From positions 1-64,000 of the IMG/VR virus record IMGVR_UViG_3300035684_000002: a stretch of 64,000 bases of DNA; one strand, given 5' to 3'. The notes below the pieces were generated by a model. It was given only the letters and a program-made list of their open reading frames with translations. It was not told where the DNA came from and did not search any database. Source of the stretch: a virus. How positions within the stretch are numbered: the stretch's first letter is position 1; each line of letters begins with the position of its first letter. This document shows, piece after piece, positions 9,067 through 19,371 of this stretch. The translations under genes were made by a program, and so were the position numbers.

Positions 9067-9548
9067 TGGCCGGCAACGGCCCGCCACCCAACCCGAACGC
9101 CCGGCGGCGCAACGCGCGCCCAGGCGGCGGCATCCTGCGGCTGCCCGCGAACGGCTACCAGGGCGCTATCCCCGACTTCCCGCTGCTGCCCCCGGCCCGC
9201 GACCCCGACGGGTTGATCGAGGCGCGCGAGGGCGAGCTGTGGACCCAGCTGTGGCGCACCCCCCAGGCGGTGGCCTGGGCGGCGGCCGGCACCAGCTGGG
9301 TCGACACGGTGGCCATGTACGTGCGCCACTTCGTGCGGGGCGAGGCCGGGTCGCTCGACCACTCGAAGGAAGCCCGCGCGCTGGCCGACCGGCTGGGGCT
9401 CTCGCCGCGGGCCATGCGCGGTCTCATGTGGGAGATCGTTCCCGACGAACTGGGCGAGCGCGCAGAGGCGAAGGCGGCGCACCCCGCGGGCAGCTCCGCG
9501 CGCTCGCGGGCCGCAGAGCTGGGGATCAGCGCCGTTGACGGCGGCTGA
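9066..9548 (+). CDS. terminase small subunit (P27-like)
   Basis: ATG 9066 is in frame with track ORF 9036..9548. N-terminus MAGNGPPPNPNARRRN. Sits upstream of the large terminase. Confidence 0.65.
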   Translation: MAGNGPPPNPNARRRNARPGGGILRLPANGYQGAIPDFPLLPPARDPDGLIEAREGELWTQLWRTPQAVAWAAAGTSWVDTVAMYVRHFVRGEAGSLDHSKEARALADRLGLSPRAMRGLMWEIVPDELGERAEAKAAHPAGSSARSRAAELGISAVDGG

Positions 9549-9993
9549 GCTGGTGGGCGAGCACTCGCGCCCCAGCGAGCCGGCCCCGGGAGGGGGTCGG
9601 GGCCGGCCGGCCAGGTCGACCCGCGGGCGGGTCGGTCGTGCGCTGCTGGGCGCTGTCCTGGTCGTCGCCCTGGCGGCGCTGGTCGTTACCGCGGTGCGCG
9701 CCGCCCAGCCGGCCGCGCCGCCGCCCGCGCGCGCCGGCCTGGTCGGCGCGTGCGACCAGCTGAGCGCCGACCTCGCCGCCGCCGGCTCGATGGCCGCGCT
9801 GCTCGACCTCGACGCGCGTAGCTGGTCGGCGGTGGCCGACCGTTACCGGGCCCGACTGGGTGCCGCCTTCGACCGCGGGGTCGGCGGGCTGCTGGCGTCG
9901 TCGACCCTGGGCGTGCTGTCGGAGCGGCGCACCGCGGTGCTCGCTGCGATCGAGTGGTGCCTGACCGTGGGGTGGGTCCCCCGTGCCACGTAG
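9535..9993 (+). CDS. membrane-anchored hypothetical protein
   Basis: Track ORF 152 aa. One TM segment (LLGAVLVVALAALVVTAV). Confidence 0.5.
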   Translation: MTAAELVGEHSRPSEPAPGGGRGRPARSTRGRVGRALLGAVLVVALAALVVTAVRAAQPAAPPPARAGLVGACDQLSADLAAAGSMAALLDLDARSWSAVADRYRARLGAAFDRGVGGLLASSTLGVLSERRTAVLAAIEWCLTVGWVPRAT

Positions 9994-11722
9994 GTCGGGG
10001 TGGCGCGGGCCGAACGAGCCCGGCGAGTTCCCGACGCTGGGCTGGCTGGTCGGCGAGTGGATCGAGGCGCACTGCGTGATCCCTGGCGGGTCGCAGGTTG
10101 GCGAGCCCTACCTGTTGACCCGCGAGCAGTGGCACCACCTGCTGCACGTCTACCGGCTCAACCCCCGGGCCACGGTGCAACCCCGGTTCCATCAGCCGGT
10201 GACCGGCTTCGTCTACTACGGCTCGCAGCTGCGCCGCCCGCAGAAGTGGGGGAAGGACCCGTTGGGCGCGGTGCGCGCGATCGCGCACGCGCTGGGCCCG
10301 GTGCAGTTCGACGGCTGGGACGCCTACGGCGAGCCGGTCGGCCGTCCGGTGGCCGCGCCCTGGGTGCAGATCGCGGGCACCAGCGAGGACAACACGCTGA
10401 ACACCTGGCGCCCGCTGCTCACCTCGCTGCGCGAGGGGTCGCTGATCGACACGCCTGGGCTCGACGTCGGCGACACCCGGGTCAAGCTGCCCTACGGCGG
10501 CGGGTGGATCGAGCCCGTGACCGCCGCCGCCCGATCCCGGCTGGGCAACCCGATCACCTTCGCCACGTTCACCGAACCGCACCTGATGACCGATCGTGAC
10601 GGCGGCAAGCCCATGATCAAAAACATGAAACGGAACCTGGGTGGCATGGGCGGGACGTGGGTCGAGCTGACCAACGCCTGGGACCCGAACCAGGACAGCG
10701 CCGCGCAGGACACCGCGAAGGCGAAGGCGAAGGGCGTCTACCTCGACCACCGCGCGCCCGATCTCGAACCGCTGACCCCCGAAGAGTTCGCCGACGACGA
10801 CATCGTGCGCGACCGCATCGTGGTGAAGTACGGCGACAGCGGCCGGGTGGCCGGCGGCTGGGTCGACACCGACCACATCCTGGCGCTGGTTCGCGACGCC
10901 GCCACCGGCGAAGCGGAGGCGCGGCGCTACTACCTCGACGAAGTCACCGTCGGTGAGCGCGACCTGATCAGCGCCCTGACCTGGGATTCTCTCGCCCGCC
11001 CGACGCTGGTCGGCGCGGGTGGCGAGCTGCCCGGCGAGCCCGACCCTGACCGCGAGCTGGCTCCGGGTGAGGTCGTGGTGCTGGGCTTCGACGGCAGCCG
11101 GGCCGCGGACTGCACGGCGTTGATCGCCACCAGGGTGAGCGACGGCCGCTGGTTCACCCTGGGTGTGTGGAACCCGGCGGACTACTCGCCGGGTCTCGAC
11201 GACCGCGGGCGCCCGTTGCCCGGGCGCATCCCCGAAGCCGACGTCGTCGCCACGATCGAGGCGGCCCGCGCCGCCTACACCGTTTGGCACTTGGTCGCCG
11301 ACCCCTACCGGTGGGAGCACGTGCTGGACCGGCTGACCGGCAGCTGGGGCACCAACCCCGGGAAGCAACCCACGGTGGTGATCTTCCCGACCAACGCCGA
11401 ACGCCAGTTCGACCGGGTGATCCGCAAGTGGCAGCTGGCGGCGAAGACCGAAGGCCGCGAGTTCACCCACGACGGGCACCCGGACGTGCGCACCCACGCG
11501 CTCAACGCCGTGATCGTCAAAGGCTCGCGCAAGCCGGAGCGCGACGACGACGACGGCAATCCGACCGACGACCACTACTTCAAGATCGCGAAGCGCAGGA
11601 AGGGGCACCACATCGACGCGGTGATTGCCGGCATGCTCGCGACCTGGGGTCGCGGCGAGGCCATCGAACAGGGCGCGCTCGACTACGTGCCGGCGGTCGA
11701 CCCCTGGGTGATGACGACCTGA
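9983..11722 (+). CDS. terminase large subunit (HK97/Terminase_1-like), apparently with deviant Walker motifs
   Basis: Track ORF 579 aa, immediately upstream of portal. Nuclease-type blocks VVLGFDGSRAADCTAL and HHIDAVIAG. The ATPase boxes read QKWGKD and FATFTEPH instead of GK[ST] and hhhDE. Confidence 0.85.
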   Translation: MPRRSGWRGPNEPGEFPTLGWLVGEWIEAHCVIPGGSQVGEPYLLTREQWHHLLHVYRLNPRATVQPRFHQPVTGFVYYGSQLRRPQKWGKDPLGAVRAIAHALGPVQFDGWDAYGEPVGRPVAAPWVQIAGTSEDNTLNTWRPLLTSLREGSLIDTPGLDVGDTRVKLPYGGGWIEPVTAAARSRLGNPITFATFTEPHLMTDRDGGKPMIKNMKRNLGGMGGTWVELTNAWDPNQDSAAQDTAKAKAKGVYLDHRAPDLEPLTPEEFADDDIVRDRIVVKYGDSGRVAGGWVDTDHILALVRDAATGEAEARRYYLDEVTVGERDLISALTWDSLARPTLVGAGGELPGEPDPDRELAPGEVVVLGFDGSRAADCTALIATRVSDGRWFTLGVWNPADYSPGLDDRGRPLPGRIPEADVVATIEAARAAYTVWHLVADPYRWEHVLDRLTGSWGTNPGKQPTVVIFPTNAERQFDRVIRKWQLAAKTEGREFTHDGHPDVRTHALNAVIVKGSRKPERDDDDGNPTDDHYFKIAKRRKGHHIDAVIAGMLATWGRGEAIEQGALDYVPAVDPWVMTT

Positions 11723-11997
11723 TGGCCGACCTTCGCCACCGCGCCCCCGGTTCGCCCGCCCGGCGCGACCCCGTGCTGTGGCTCGAACTGCGGCTGGCCG
11801 ACGAACTGGCCGGACTGCGGCGGCTGCGCGAGGCGGGGTCGACCACGGGCCGCCAGCTGGCGCGCATCGACCTGCTGCTGGACCGCTACCACGAGGTGCG
11901 CCCGTGCGGCTGGTGCCTGGGTGAACGGCTCGACGACCTGGCCACCGCACGGATCGAGGCAGCCGCCACCGTGCGCGCCGCGGAGCGCTCGACGTGA
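11722..11997 (+). CDS. hypothetical protein
   Basis: ATG 11722 (TGATG overlap), in frame with track ORF 11167..11997. Confidence 0.5.
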   Translation: MADLRHRAPGSPARRDPVLWLELRLADELAGLRRLREAGSTTGRQLARIDLLLDRYHEVRPCGWCLGERLDDLATARIEAAATVRAAERST

Positions 11998-12185
11998 GCG
12001 CGCGCAGCTGGGCCGTGCTGGGGCTGTGGTGCTCGCTGCTGGGCGCGAGCGCGTGCCTGGGCGTGCTGGTCGGGCACTGGGCGGCCGGCGGGCTGGCGGG
12101 TTCGCTGTGCACCGCGCTGCTGCTGCTGGTCGGCATCGACCTGCCCGACCGCGTGGCGCGCCGGGCTGAGCGGAGGACCGGCTGA
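11994..12185 (+). CDS. small membrane protein
   Basis: Track ORF 63 aa. Two TM segments. Coupled at both ends. Confidence 0.5.
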   Translation: MSARSWAVLGLWCSLLGASACLGVLVGHWAAGGLAGSLCTALLLLVGIDLPDRVARRAERRTG

Positions 12186-13708
12186 TGGGCACCCTGCTGG
12201 GGTCGTTCCTGCGCGGGGGCAACAGCCTGGCCAGCACTCGGTCGGCGACCGACATCGCCAACATCGACGACTACATCGAGGCGGTCACCCAGTACGCGGG
12301 CGGCATGGGCTGGCTCAACCCCTCGCCCCAGGTGTCGGAGACCCTGCCCGGCGAGCAGGCCACCGAACGCCCGGTGACCGACTTCGCCAGCGCGGCAACC
12401 CAGCTGTTCGGCGGCAGCTCCGTCGTGTTCGCGTGCATGCTCGCCCGCCTCGCGGTGTTCAGCGAGGCGCGGTTGCAGTACCAGCGGATGCGCGGCGGCC
12501 GACCCGGCGACCTGTTCGGCGACCCGACACTGAGCATCTTCGAGCAGCCCTGGGTCGGCGGCATCACCGCCGACCTGCTGGTACGGATGATCACCGACGC
12601 CGACCTGGCCGGCAACGCCTACATCGTCGAGGACCGCAACGAACTGGTCCGGCTGCGGCCCGACTGGGTCGACATCGTGATGGTGCCCCGGTGGACCGAC
12701 CGCGGTCGGCTCGACCCGCGCGACCCGCTGGGCTCGATGGGCTGGGTCAAGCTGGGCTACCTCTACTACGAAGACGGCGTGCGCGACGACCGGGGCGTGC
12801 CGTTCCTGGTCGACGAAGTGGCGCACTTCGCCCCGATTCCCGACCCGCTGGCCAGCTGGCGCGGCATGTCGTGGGTGACTCGGCTGGCCCGCGAGGTCGA
12901 GGCCGACCGCGCCATGACGACCTACAAGGCGCGTTTCATGCGCAACAGCGCCACGCCGAACATGGTTGTCAAGCACCAGCCGCAGGTCACCCCGGCCCAG
13001 GCGAAGGCGTTCGCCGACGTGCTCGACGCGAAGTACGCGGGTGCGGCCAACGCGGGGAAGACCATGCACCTGGGCGGTGGCGCCGACCTGGTCGTAGTCG
13101 GGAAGGACATGCAGCAGCTCGACTTCAAGGGCGTGCAGGGTGCGGGCGAAACCCGCATTGCCGCCGCCGCCGGGGTGCCGCCGATCATCGTCGGGCTGTC
13201 CGAAGGGCTCAGCTCCGCGACCTACTCGAACTACAGCCAGGCGCGGCGCCGCTTCGCCGACGGGACGATGCGCCCGCTGTGGCGCAACGTGGCCGGTGCG
13301 CTGGCGGTGCTGCGCCCGGCGCCGTCCGGGGCCCGGCTCTACTACGACGTGCGCGACGTCGCGTTCTTGCGCGAAGACGCCGACGCCCAGGCGAAGATCA
13401 CCGCCACGAACGCGCAGACCATCCGCACGCTGGTCGACGGCGGGTTTACCCCGGAGAGCGCGGCAGCCTACGTCGCCAGCGGCGGGGACCCGTCGGTGTT
13501 GGTGCACACCGGCCAGCTGTCGGTGCAGCTGCAAGCCCCGGGCACGGTGGCCGGCCAGACCGGCGGTGCCGCGCCGGCCGGCGGCGCTGGCGACTCCGGC
13601 GATGACGACGAAGACGACCAGGCTGCGCGCCGCGCGGCCCCGACCAACGGGCGCGCGCTGCCGGCCGGTATCGCGCCCATCTCCCGGGAGCTGTTGACCC
13701 ATGGCTGA
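12185..13708 (+). CDS. portal protein (HK97 family)
   Basis: Track ORF 507 aa. Position between terminase and protease. Typical portal size with an acidic C-terminus. Confidence 0.88.
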   Translation: MGTLLGSFLRGGNSLASTRSATDIANIDDYIEAVTQYAGGMGWLNPSPQVSETLPGEQATERPVTDFASAATQLFGGSSVVFACMLARLAVFSEARLQYQRMRGGRPGDLFGDPTLSIFEQPWVGGITADLLVRMITDADLAGNAYIVEDRNELVRLRPDWVDIVMVPRWTDRGRLDPRDPLGSMGWVKLGYLYYEDGVRDDRGVPFLVDEVAHFAPIPDPLASWRGMSWVTRLAREVEADRAMTTYKARFMRNSATPNMVVKHQPQVTPAQAKAFADVLDAKYAGAANAGKTMHLGGGADLVVVGKDMQQLDFKGVQGAGETRIAAAAGVPPIIVGLSEGLSSATYSNYSQARRRFADGTMRPLWRNVAGALAVLRPAPSGARLYYDVRDVAFLREDADAQAKITATNAQTIRTLVDGGFTPESAAAYVASGGDPSVLVHTGQLSVQLQAPGTVAGQTGGAAPAGGAGDSGDDDEDDQAARRAAPTNGRALPAGIAPISRELLTHG

Positions 13709-14765
13709 CGACTTCGGCGACCTGCTGCGGTTCCGCGACCGGGCCCGCAGCGAGCTGCCCGATGCCCGCTTCGCCCAGATCGACGGGCTGTCGCGCAACG
13801 CGATGCAGCAGCTGGCCGACGGGCGGGTACCGCGCGACGGGCTGGCCCGCTCGACCGACGAAGGGCTGCGGTCCGACGAGACCGATGACGGGCTCTCGAT
13901 CGAGGGCTACGGCGCGGTCATCAACCAGGTGACCGAGATCGACAGCTGGGAAGGGTCCTTCGAGGAAGAGTTTCTGAGCGGGTCGTTCAAGCGGACCGCG
14001 CGCAACGGCCCGCCGAAGATGCAGTTCGACCACGGCTACAGCTCGATCCTGGGCAGTGTCCCGCTGGGCCGCTGGGACGCCGCCGACGAAGACGACTACG
14101 GGATGATGCTGGGCCCGGGCCGGGTCTTCGACAACTGGGCCACCCTGCCGATCCGCGACGCCATCATCGCCGGTGCGATCTCCGGGCAGTCGATCCGGTT
14201 CAGCGTCGTGCGCGAAGAGTGGGTCGACCGCGACGGCCAGGTGATCAAGGACGAGCGCGAGCTGTTCAACCTGATCTTCTGGGGCGAAGGGCTCGACGAG
14301 CGCGGTCCGATCCGGCGCCGGATCAAGGAAGCCCGGGTGAGCGAGGCCGGCCCCGTGGTCTGGCCCGCTTACTCCGGCACGACCGTCGGCATGCGGTCGG
14401 GCGCCACCCGCGGCTCCGACCTCGCCGTGCCCTCCGGTGTGATCACCATCGACCTGGGTCGCCTCGACGACCCCGACCAGCTCCGGTCGCTGGCTGGCGC
14501 GGTGTACCTCGCCGACCGCCAGCAACGCACCGGCCGCGCCCCGACGCGGAGCACCACCAGCACGGCCAGCAACACCCGCAACACCGACGCGCGACCCACC
14601 GACACGGCGACCGCCCCGGAGCCCGCACGCGCTGACACCGTCAGCGCCCCGCCGGCACCGGCCACCGTCAGCTCGCCCGGGAAGCACTCGCCCACCCAGC
14701 GCCGCTCGCGCGCCGCCATTGCGGCGGAGATCGGGCAGCGCGTTCGTGACCTCGACGGAAGGTAG
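13701..14765 (+). CDS. prohead protease (HK97/S78-like) with long C-terminal extension
   Basis: Track ORF 354 aa. LSIEGYGAVINQ...GSFKRT...MQFDHG pattern. Position before the capsid gene. Confidence 0.8.
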   Translation: MADDFGDLLRFRDRARSELPDARFAQIDGLSRNAMQQLADGRVPRDGLARSTDEGLRSDETDDGLSIEGYGAVINQVTEIDSWEGSFEEEFLSGSFKRTARNGPPKMQFDHGYSSILGSVPLGRWDAADEDDYGMMLGPGRVFDNWATLPIRDAIIAGAISGQSIRFSVVREEWVDRDGQVIKDERELFNLIFWGEGLDERGPIRRRIKEARVSEAGPVVWPAYSGTTVGMRSGATRGSDLAVPSGVITIDLGRLDDPDQLRSLAGAVYLADRQQRTGRAPTRSTTSTASNTRNTDARPTDTATAPEPARADTVSAPPAPATVSSPGKHSPTQRRSRAAIAAEIGQRVRDLDGR

Positions 14766-14775
14766 AGCCCCCACC

Positions 14776-16449
14776 ATGGGCGAGCAGGGCAAGATCAAGC
14801 TGGGCACGTTCGCGCCCGGCACCATCCTGGGGTACCGCCGCAACGGCACCCCCATCCTCGCGATCGCGGGCGGCGACGACCGCGACGACGATCGCACCGG
14901 CGGAGCGCCGACGCGCACCGGCCCGGAGCTGACCCACCCCCAGGCGGTCAACCGGCTGCGCGAGCTGCGCGGCGAGATCGACCGGCTGGCGGAGCTGGAC
15001 AAGCCGACCGACGACGAGCAGCGCGCCTTCGACTCCGCGGTCGAAGAGTTCAACGAGGTGGACGACTGGCGCAAGCACCTCGAACGCCAGGCGCGTCGGG
15101 CCGCGATCACCTCCGTGGTCGAGGGTGACCTGCGCACCGCGTCGACCCGCTTCGGCCGGCCCGACGCCCCGGCCCAGCCGCGCGTCGAGCGCGGCAACGG
15201 CTCGATGGACACCTACGACGTCGACTCGATCCTGGAGCCCGACAGCGTCGAGCGCGGCCGGTTCCGCAACCCGTGGGACCTCTCGCGCATGGCGACCTTC
15301 GGTCGCTCCGGCGCCCAGGTCGCGGCGGAGTACCGCAGCCGCGCGCTCTCGGCGATCGAGCGGATGCAGGGCTGCACCGACCGCCACCGCAAGGCGGCGA
15401 CCGACATCATCGAGCGCTGGGACGACCGCGACGGCAACCTGTCGCGCTTCGCCCTGGCGCTGTCCGCGCCGGAGTACCTGCGCGCGTGGTCGAAGATGGC
15501 GGCCAACCCGCTGAACGCCCAGTTGTCGAACGACGAGAGCGCGGCCGTCGAGCAGGTCGGCCAGGCGGCCCGGGCCATGTCCCTGACCGACACCGCGGGC
15601 GGGTTCCTGGTCCCCTTCCAGCTCGACCCGACCGTGATCCTGACCGCCGACGGTTCGGTGAACCAGATCCGCCGGCTGGCCCGCCAGGTCGTCGCCACCG
15701 GCGACCAGTGGAACGGCGTCAGCGCGGGCGCGGTGTCCTGGTCCTACGACGCGGAAGCCACCCAGGTCTCCGACGACGCGCCGACCCTGGCCCAGCCCAC
15801 GATCCCGATCTACAAGGCGGCCGGCTTCGTGCCGATCAGCATCGAGGCGATCGCCGACGCCGCGAACATCACCGCGGAGGTCGGCCGGCTGCTCGCCTTC
15901 GGGAAGGACGTCCTCGAAGCGGGCGCCTTCGCGACCGGCTCCGGCTCCGGTCAGCCGACGGGCATCATCACCGCGCTGACCGGCGTGTCGTCGAGCATCG
16001 TCGCGAGCGCGACCGCGGACACCTTCGCGCTGGCCGACATCTACTCGACCTACGGCGCGCTGCCGGCCCGCTACCGCAACATGCCCTCGACGGGCTGGCT
16101 GGCCAACAACCTGATCTACAACCGCATCCGCCAGTTCGACACGTCCGGCGGCGCCGGGCTCTGGGCGACCGTCGGCGACAACCGGCCCGACACCCTGCTG
16201 GGCAAGCCGGCGATGGAAGCCGAAGCGCTCGACGGCGTCATTACCGCCGCCGCCGAGAACTACGTGGCGGTCTTCGGCGACTGGGACAACTTCGTCATCG
16301 CCGACCGGATCGGGATGCAGGTCGAGTTCATTCCTCACCTGTTCGGCGCAAACCAGCGCCCGACGGGCCAGCGCGGCTGGTACGCCTACGTGCGCCACGG
16401 CGCCGACAGCGTGAACGACGCCGCGTTCCGCATGCTCAACGTCACCTGA
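14776..16449 (+). CDS. major capsid protein (HK97 fold) with N-terminal coiled-coil/delta-like domain
   Basis: ATG 14776 is in frame with track ORF 14719..16449. C-terminal two-thirds are HK97-MCP-like. Followed by a strong hairpin. Confidence 0.88.
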   Translation: MGEQGKIKLGTFAPGTILGYRRNGTPILAIAGGDDRDDDRTGGAPTRTGPELTHPQAVNRLRELRGEIDRLAELDKPTDDEQRAFDSAVEEFNEVDDWRKHLERQARRAAITSVVEGDLRTASTRFGRPDAPAQPRVERGNGSMDTYDVDSILEPDSVERGRFRNPWDLSRMATFGRSGAQVAAEYRSRALSAIERMQGCTDRHRKAATDIIERWDDRDGNLSRFALALSAPEYLRAWSKMAANPLNAQLSNDESAAVEQVGQAARAMSLTDTAGGFLVPFQLDPTVILTADGSVNQIRRLARQVVATGDQWNGVSAGAVSWSYDAEATQVSDDAPTLAQPTIPIYKAAGFVPISIEAIADAANITAEVGRLLAFGKDVLEAGAFATGSGSGQPTGIITALTGVSSSIVASATADTFALADIYSTYGALPARYRNMPSTGWLANNLIYNRIRQFDTSGGAGLWATVGDNRPDTLLGKPAMEAEALDGVITAAAENYVAVFGDWDNFVIADRIGMQVEFIPHLFGANQRPTGQRGWYAYVRHGADSVNDAAFRMLNVT

Positions 16450-16472
16450 TCGGACGTCCCCCTACTGGTGCT

Positions 16473-16507
16473 CGCCCGGGCCGGCTGGTGGTCCCCCGGC
16501 CCGGGCG
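16473..16507 (+). terminator. hairpin after the capsid gene (terminator/attenuator)
   Basis: 12 bp stem CGCCCGGGCCGG/CCGGCCCGGGCG, with an outer ACTGGTGC/GCACCAGT pairing. Confidence 0.45.
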
Positions 16508-16556
16508 GGTACCTCCCCCGCACCAGTCCACACTCGACCCAGCGAAGGGCAGCGGC

Positions 16557-16934
16557 ATGGCCGACTCGACCGACAAGAGCAGCAGCAAGAGCACCGACAA
16601 GGGCAAGGTGGACGCCGGCCCGTCGTCGGTACAGACCGACCCGGGCGCGACCGGCGACGGGCCGGGCACCCCGAAGTCGGAGATCACCGACGCCCCGCCG
16701 GCCCGCGACGGCCAGCCCGACCACGTCGACCCGCGGCTGGACAACCGCACCGGCGACCAGCGCCCCACGGTGCCGGCGGAGCTGAAGCCCCAGCAGGTGC
16801 ACGGCGGGTACGTCGGCGACGACACCGACTTCGAGGACCCGCCCAGCGCGGGCGTCGAGGGCGGCGACCCCGGCCACGCCAGCGTCGGCCCGCACGGGCG
16901 CGGCCCGCAGACCGGCCCGTCGAGCATCGACTGA
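16557..16934 (+). CDS. hypothetical, disordered acidic protein
   Basis: ATG 16557 is in frame with track ORF 15273..16934. Confidence 0.5.
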   Translation: MADSTDKSSSKSTDKGKVDAGPSSVQTDPGATGDGPGTPKSEITDAPPARDGQPDHVDPRLDNRTGDQRPTVPAELKPQQVHGGYVGDDTDFEDPPSAGVEGGDPGHASVGPHGRGPQTGPSSID

Positions 16935-17206
16935 TGGCCGGCGACAGCGACCGGATCGTCGAGGCGTTGGAACCGTTCTCCGCCGACGTCGACGGCACGC
17001 CCGTCGGGGTGAGCAAGGGCGACAAGTTCTACGCCGACGACCCGGTGGTGCGCGGGCGCGCCCACCTGTTCGGCGACGTGACGGTGCGCCGCACCCGCCG
17101 GCCGGCCAGCTCCGGCGCGGTCGAGACGGCGACCGCTGCGCCCGGCGAGCGGCGCACTGTCGGCGGCCCCGGCCGCCCGCGGGGCGCCGCCTCGAAGGAC
17201 GGGTGA
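16934..17206 (+). CDS. hypothetical protein
   Basis: Track ORF 90 aa. TGATG coupling. Confidence 0.5.
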   Translation: MAGDSDRIVEALEPFSADVDGTPVGVSKGDKFYADDPVVRGRAHLFGDVTVRRTRRPASSGAVETATAAPGERRTVGGPGRPRGAASKDG

Positions 17207-17212
17207 TCGCTG

Positions 17213-17626
17213 GTGCGCTCCGCAATCTACACCCGGGCGAAGGCGGTCCGGGCGGTCGATCACACGTCGGTGATCGCCAACGGCAACACCGACGGTGCGG
17301 CGATCGACCTCGACCAGGGCGGGATGGACTTCCGTACCGCCATGTTCGTGCTGATGATCGGCACCCGGACCGACGGCACCTACACCGCGGTTCCCCAGGA
17401 AAGCGCCAACGGCACCACCGGCTGGACGAACGTCCCGGCCGACCGGCTGCTGGGCTCCGCCGCGCTGTCGGCGGCCAACGCGGTGGGTGAGATCGGCGTG
17501 GTGCCGGACCCGTCCAACGCGCGGTTCCTGCGGCTGCGGGTGGTGGCCAGCACGGTGACCACCGGCGGGATCGTCTCCGCCCTGGCCGTGCTGGGCGAGC
17601 CCAGCAGCTACCCGGTGGTCCGCTGA
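17213..17626 (+). CDS. hypothetical structural protein
   Basis: Track ORF 137 aa. Balanced composition. Followed by a strong terminator. Confidence 0.6.
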   Translation: MRSAIYTRAKAVRAVDHTSVIANGNTDGAAIDLDQGGMDFRTAMFVLMIGTRTDGTYTAVPQESANGTTGWTNVPADRLLGSAALSAANAVGEIGVVPDPSNARFLRLRVVASTVTTGGIVSALAVLGEPSSYPVVR

Positions 17627-17645
17627 TCCGACGCTGAGCGCACCT

Positions 17646-17686
17646 CGCCGCCCCCGTGCCCCGCTCCCCTGGGCACGGGGGCGGCG
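17646..17686 (+). terminator. strong stem-loop terminator after the head genes
   Basis: Perfect 16 bp stem CGCCGCCCCCGTGCCC/GGGCACGGGGGCGGCG. Confidence 0.6.
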
Positions 17687-17727
17687 GCGCGTCAGCGGCC
17701 GGATCAGCGGCCAGGAAGGACACCCCG

Positions 17728-18066
17728 ATGGCGAGCTGGCCCCCCACCCTCGACGACCTGCGCGACCAGCTCGACGTCGACATCGAGCGCGACCGCAAGG
17801 TCTGGGCCGCGAAGCTGCGCGCGGCCATCGGCTACATCGAGCGCGCGAAGACCGACCCCGACCTGGGCTACTTCGTGCCGCCGCACCAGGTCGACGACCT
17901 GGTCGAAGGCACCATCCTGCTGGCCTCGCGGTTGAAGGCGCGCGGGAACAGCCCCGACGGACTGGTCTCGATGGGTGAGCTGGGCAGCTCGCGCGTGCCC
18001 AGCTTCGACGCCGACATCGAGCGGCTGTGCGAGATCGGTCGCTACGGCGGGTCAGTGATCGTGTGA
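17728..18066 (+). CDS. head-tail connector/adaptor (gp6-like)
   Basis: ATG 17728 is in frame with track ORF 17656..18066. PTLDDLRDQLDVD...AAIGYIERA matches the gp6-like N-terminal pattern. Confidence 0.6.
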   Translation: MASWPPTLDDLRDQLDVDIERDRKVWAAKLRAAIGYIERAKTDPDLGYFVPPHQVDDLVEGTILLASRLKARGNSPDGLVSMGELGSSRVPSFDADIERLCEIGRYGGSVIV

Positions 18067-18449
18067 GCGGCGAGCTGGGCCGGGTGCACCAGGTGCTGCG
18101 CGAGGCGCTGCTGACCGTCGACGGGCTCGACGTCCCGAAGCGCCCCAGCCAGCCGCTCGCCCCGCCGGCCGCCTACGTCGGCCCGCCCTCGCTGGTCTGG
18201 GACGGCTACGAGACCCACGCCCGCGAAGCCACCTTCGAGGTCGTGCTGGTGGCGGCGGCGCGCGACGACGCCGTCGACGTCCTCTACGGATTCCTGCCCC
18301 GGGTGTCCGAAGCCCTCGACAACATCGACCGCCGAAAGGCTGATGTCGTCGTGAAATCCGCTGAGCCCGGAACGTGGCAGAGCGGCACGCAAACACTCCC
18401 CTGCTATTTCATCCGTGTGGAGGCGGCACTTTCCGATGGCAGCCCATAA
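18063..18449 (+). CDS. head-tail joining/tail component
   Basis: GTG 18063 (GTGA overlap), in frame with track ORF 18027..18449. Confidence 0.55.
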   Translation: MSGELGRVHQVLREALLTVDGLDVPKRPSQPLAPPAAYVGPPSLVWDGYETHAREATFEVVLVAAARDDAVDVLYGFLPRVSEALDNIDRRKADVVVKSAEPGTWQSGTQTLPCYFIRVEAALSDGSP

Positions 18450-18849
18450 CCGCAAGCTCAAGGTTCTGACCCTGGACATCGGGGGAACCGAGTTTCAGAT
18501 CCAGTGCCGCAAGGCGGAGATCCAGAACAACACCGACGACGGTGAATCGTTCTACACCTTCGGCGGCGACGCCGGCACGTTCGTCGAGCCGGCCGACGAC
18601 GCCTACGCGCTCGACCTGGAGTTCTACGCGGACTGGCGCGCGAACGGGATCAGCGACTGGCTCTGGACCCACGACGGCGAGACCGTCGCGTTCGAGGTCG
18701 TGCACAACCCGGACATCCCCGCTGAGACGGTGAGCTGGACCGGCGACGTGCTGATCAAGGCGCCCAACGCGCTGGGCGAGGTGCGCACGACGGAGGTCAC
18801 CGCCACCACGTTGCAGATCGTCGGCAAGCCGACGTACAGCCGGGTCTAG
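18436..18849 (+). CDS. tail structural protein (candidate major tail/tube)
   Basis: ATG 18436 lies within track ORF 18415..18849. Beta-rich composition. Position is consistent. Confidence 0.55.
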   Translation: MAAHNRKLKVLTLDIGGTEFQIQCRKAEIQNNTDDGESFYTFGGDAGTFVEPADDAYALDLEFYADWRANGISDWLWTHDGETVAFEVVHNPDIPAETVSWTGDVLIKAPNALGEVRTTEVTATTLQIVGKPTYSRV

Positions 18850-18861
18850 GGGGACTGAACC

Positions 18862-19371
18862 GTGACGCTCTCCGCCTCGCTGAATGTCAGCGCCCGGGCC
18901 CAGCAGCAGAACACCGTCGACGTCGGCAGCGCGAGCGCGCGCCGCGCCATCGAGCTGGCGCTGTCGCTGTCGGACGGGACCGCCGCCGGCCAGGTCGACC
19001 GGGTCTTCGCCGACACCCGCACGCTCGCCGCCAGCGGTACCGAAGACCTCGACCTGGCCGGTGCCCTGGTCGACGCCTTCGGGGTCGCGCAGGTCTTCGC
19101 CCGCGTCAAGGCGGTGCTGGTCAAGGCGGACCCCGGCAACGCGAACGACGTCCTGGTCGGGCGCCCGGCCGCCAACGGCGCCGCGCTGTTCTCCGCAGCC
19201 GGCGACCAGGTGCGCGTGCGGCCGGGCGGGGTGTTCGCCCTGGCGTGCGGCGCCGACGACGCCACCGGCTACGCCATCACCGGCGGCACCGGCGACCTGG
19301 TCAGCGTCACCAACGGCGGCGCCGGCTCCGGCGTCACCTACTCGATCATCATCCTGGGGACCTCCGCATGA
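18862..19371 (+). CDS. tail structural protein (candidate major tail)
   Basis: Track ORF 169 aa. GTG start. Confidence 0.55.
   Translation: MTLSASLNVSARAQQQNTVDVGSASARRAIELALSLSDGTAAGQVDRVFADTRTLAASGTEDLDLAGALVDAFGVAQVFARVKAVLVKADPGNANDVLVGRPAANGAALFSAAGDQVRVRPGGVFALACGADDATGYAITGGTGDLVSVTNGGAGSGVTYSIIILGTSA

Noticed and set aside
9686-13798. 1370-aa ORF on the minus strand, the longest in the track
   Set aside because: It is antisense to the terminase large subunit and portal genes. Its Arg/Gly/Pro/Ala-dominated composition is typical of shadow frames in ~70% GC DNA. The plus-strand genes have recognisable family motifs and coupled start/stop codons.
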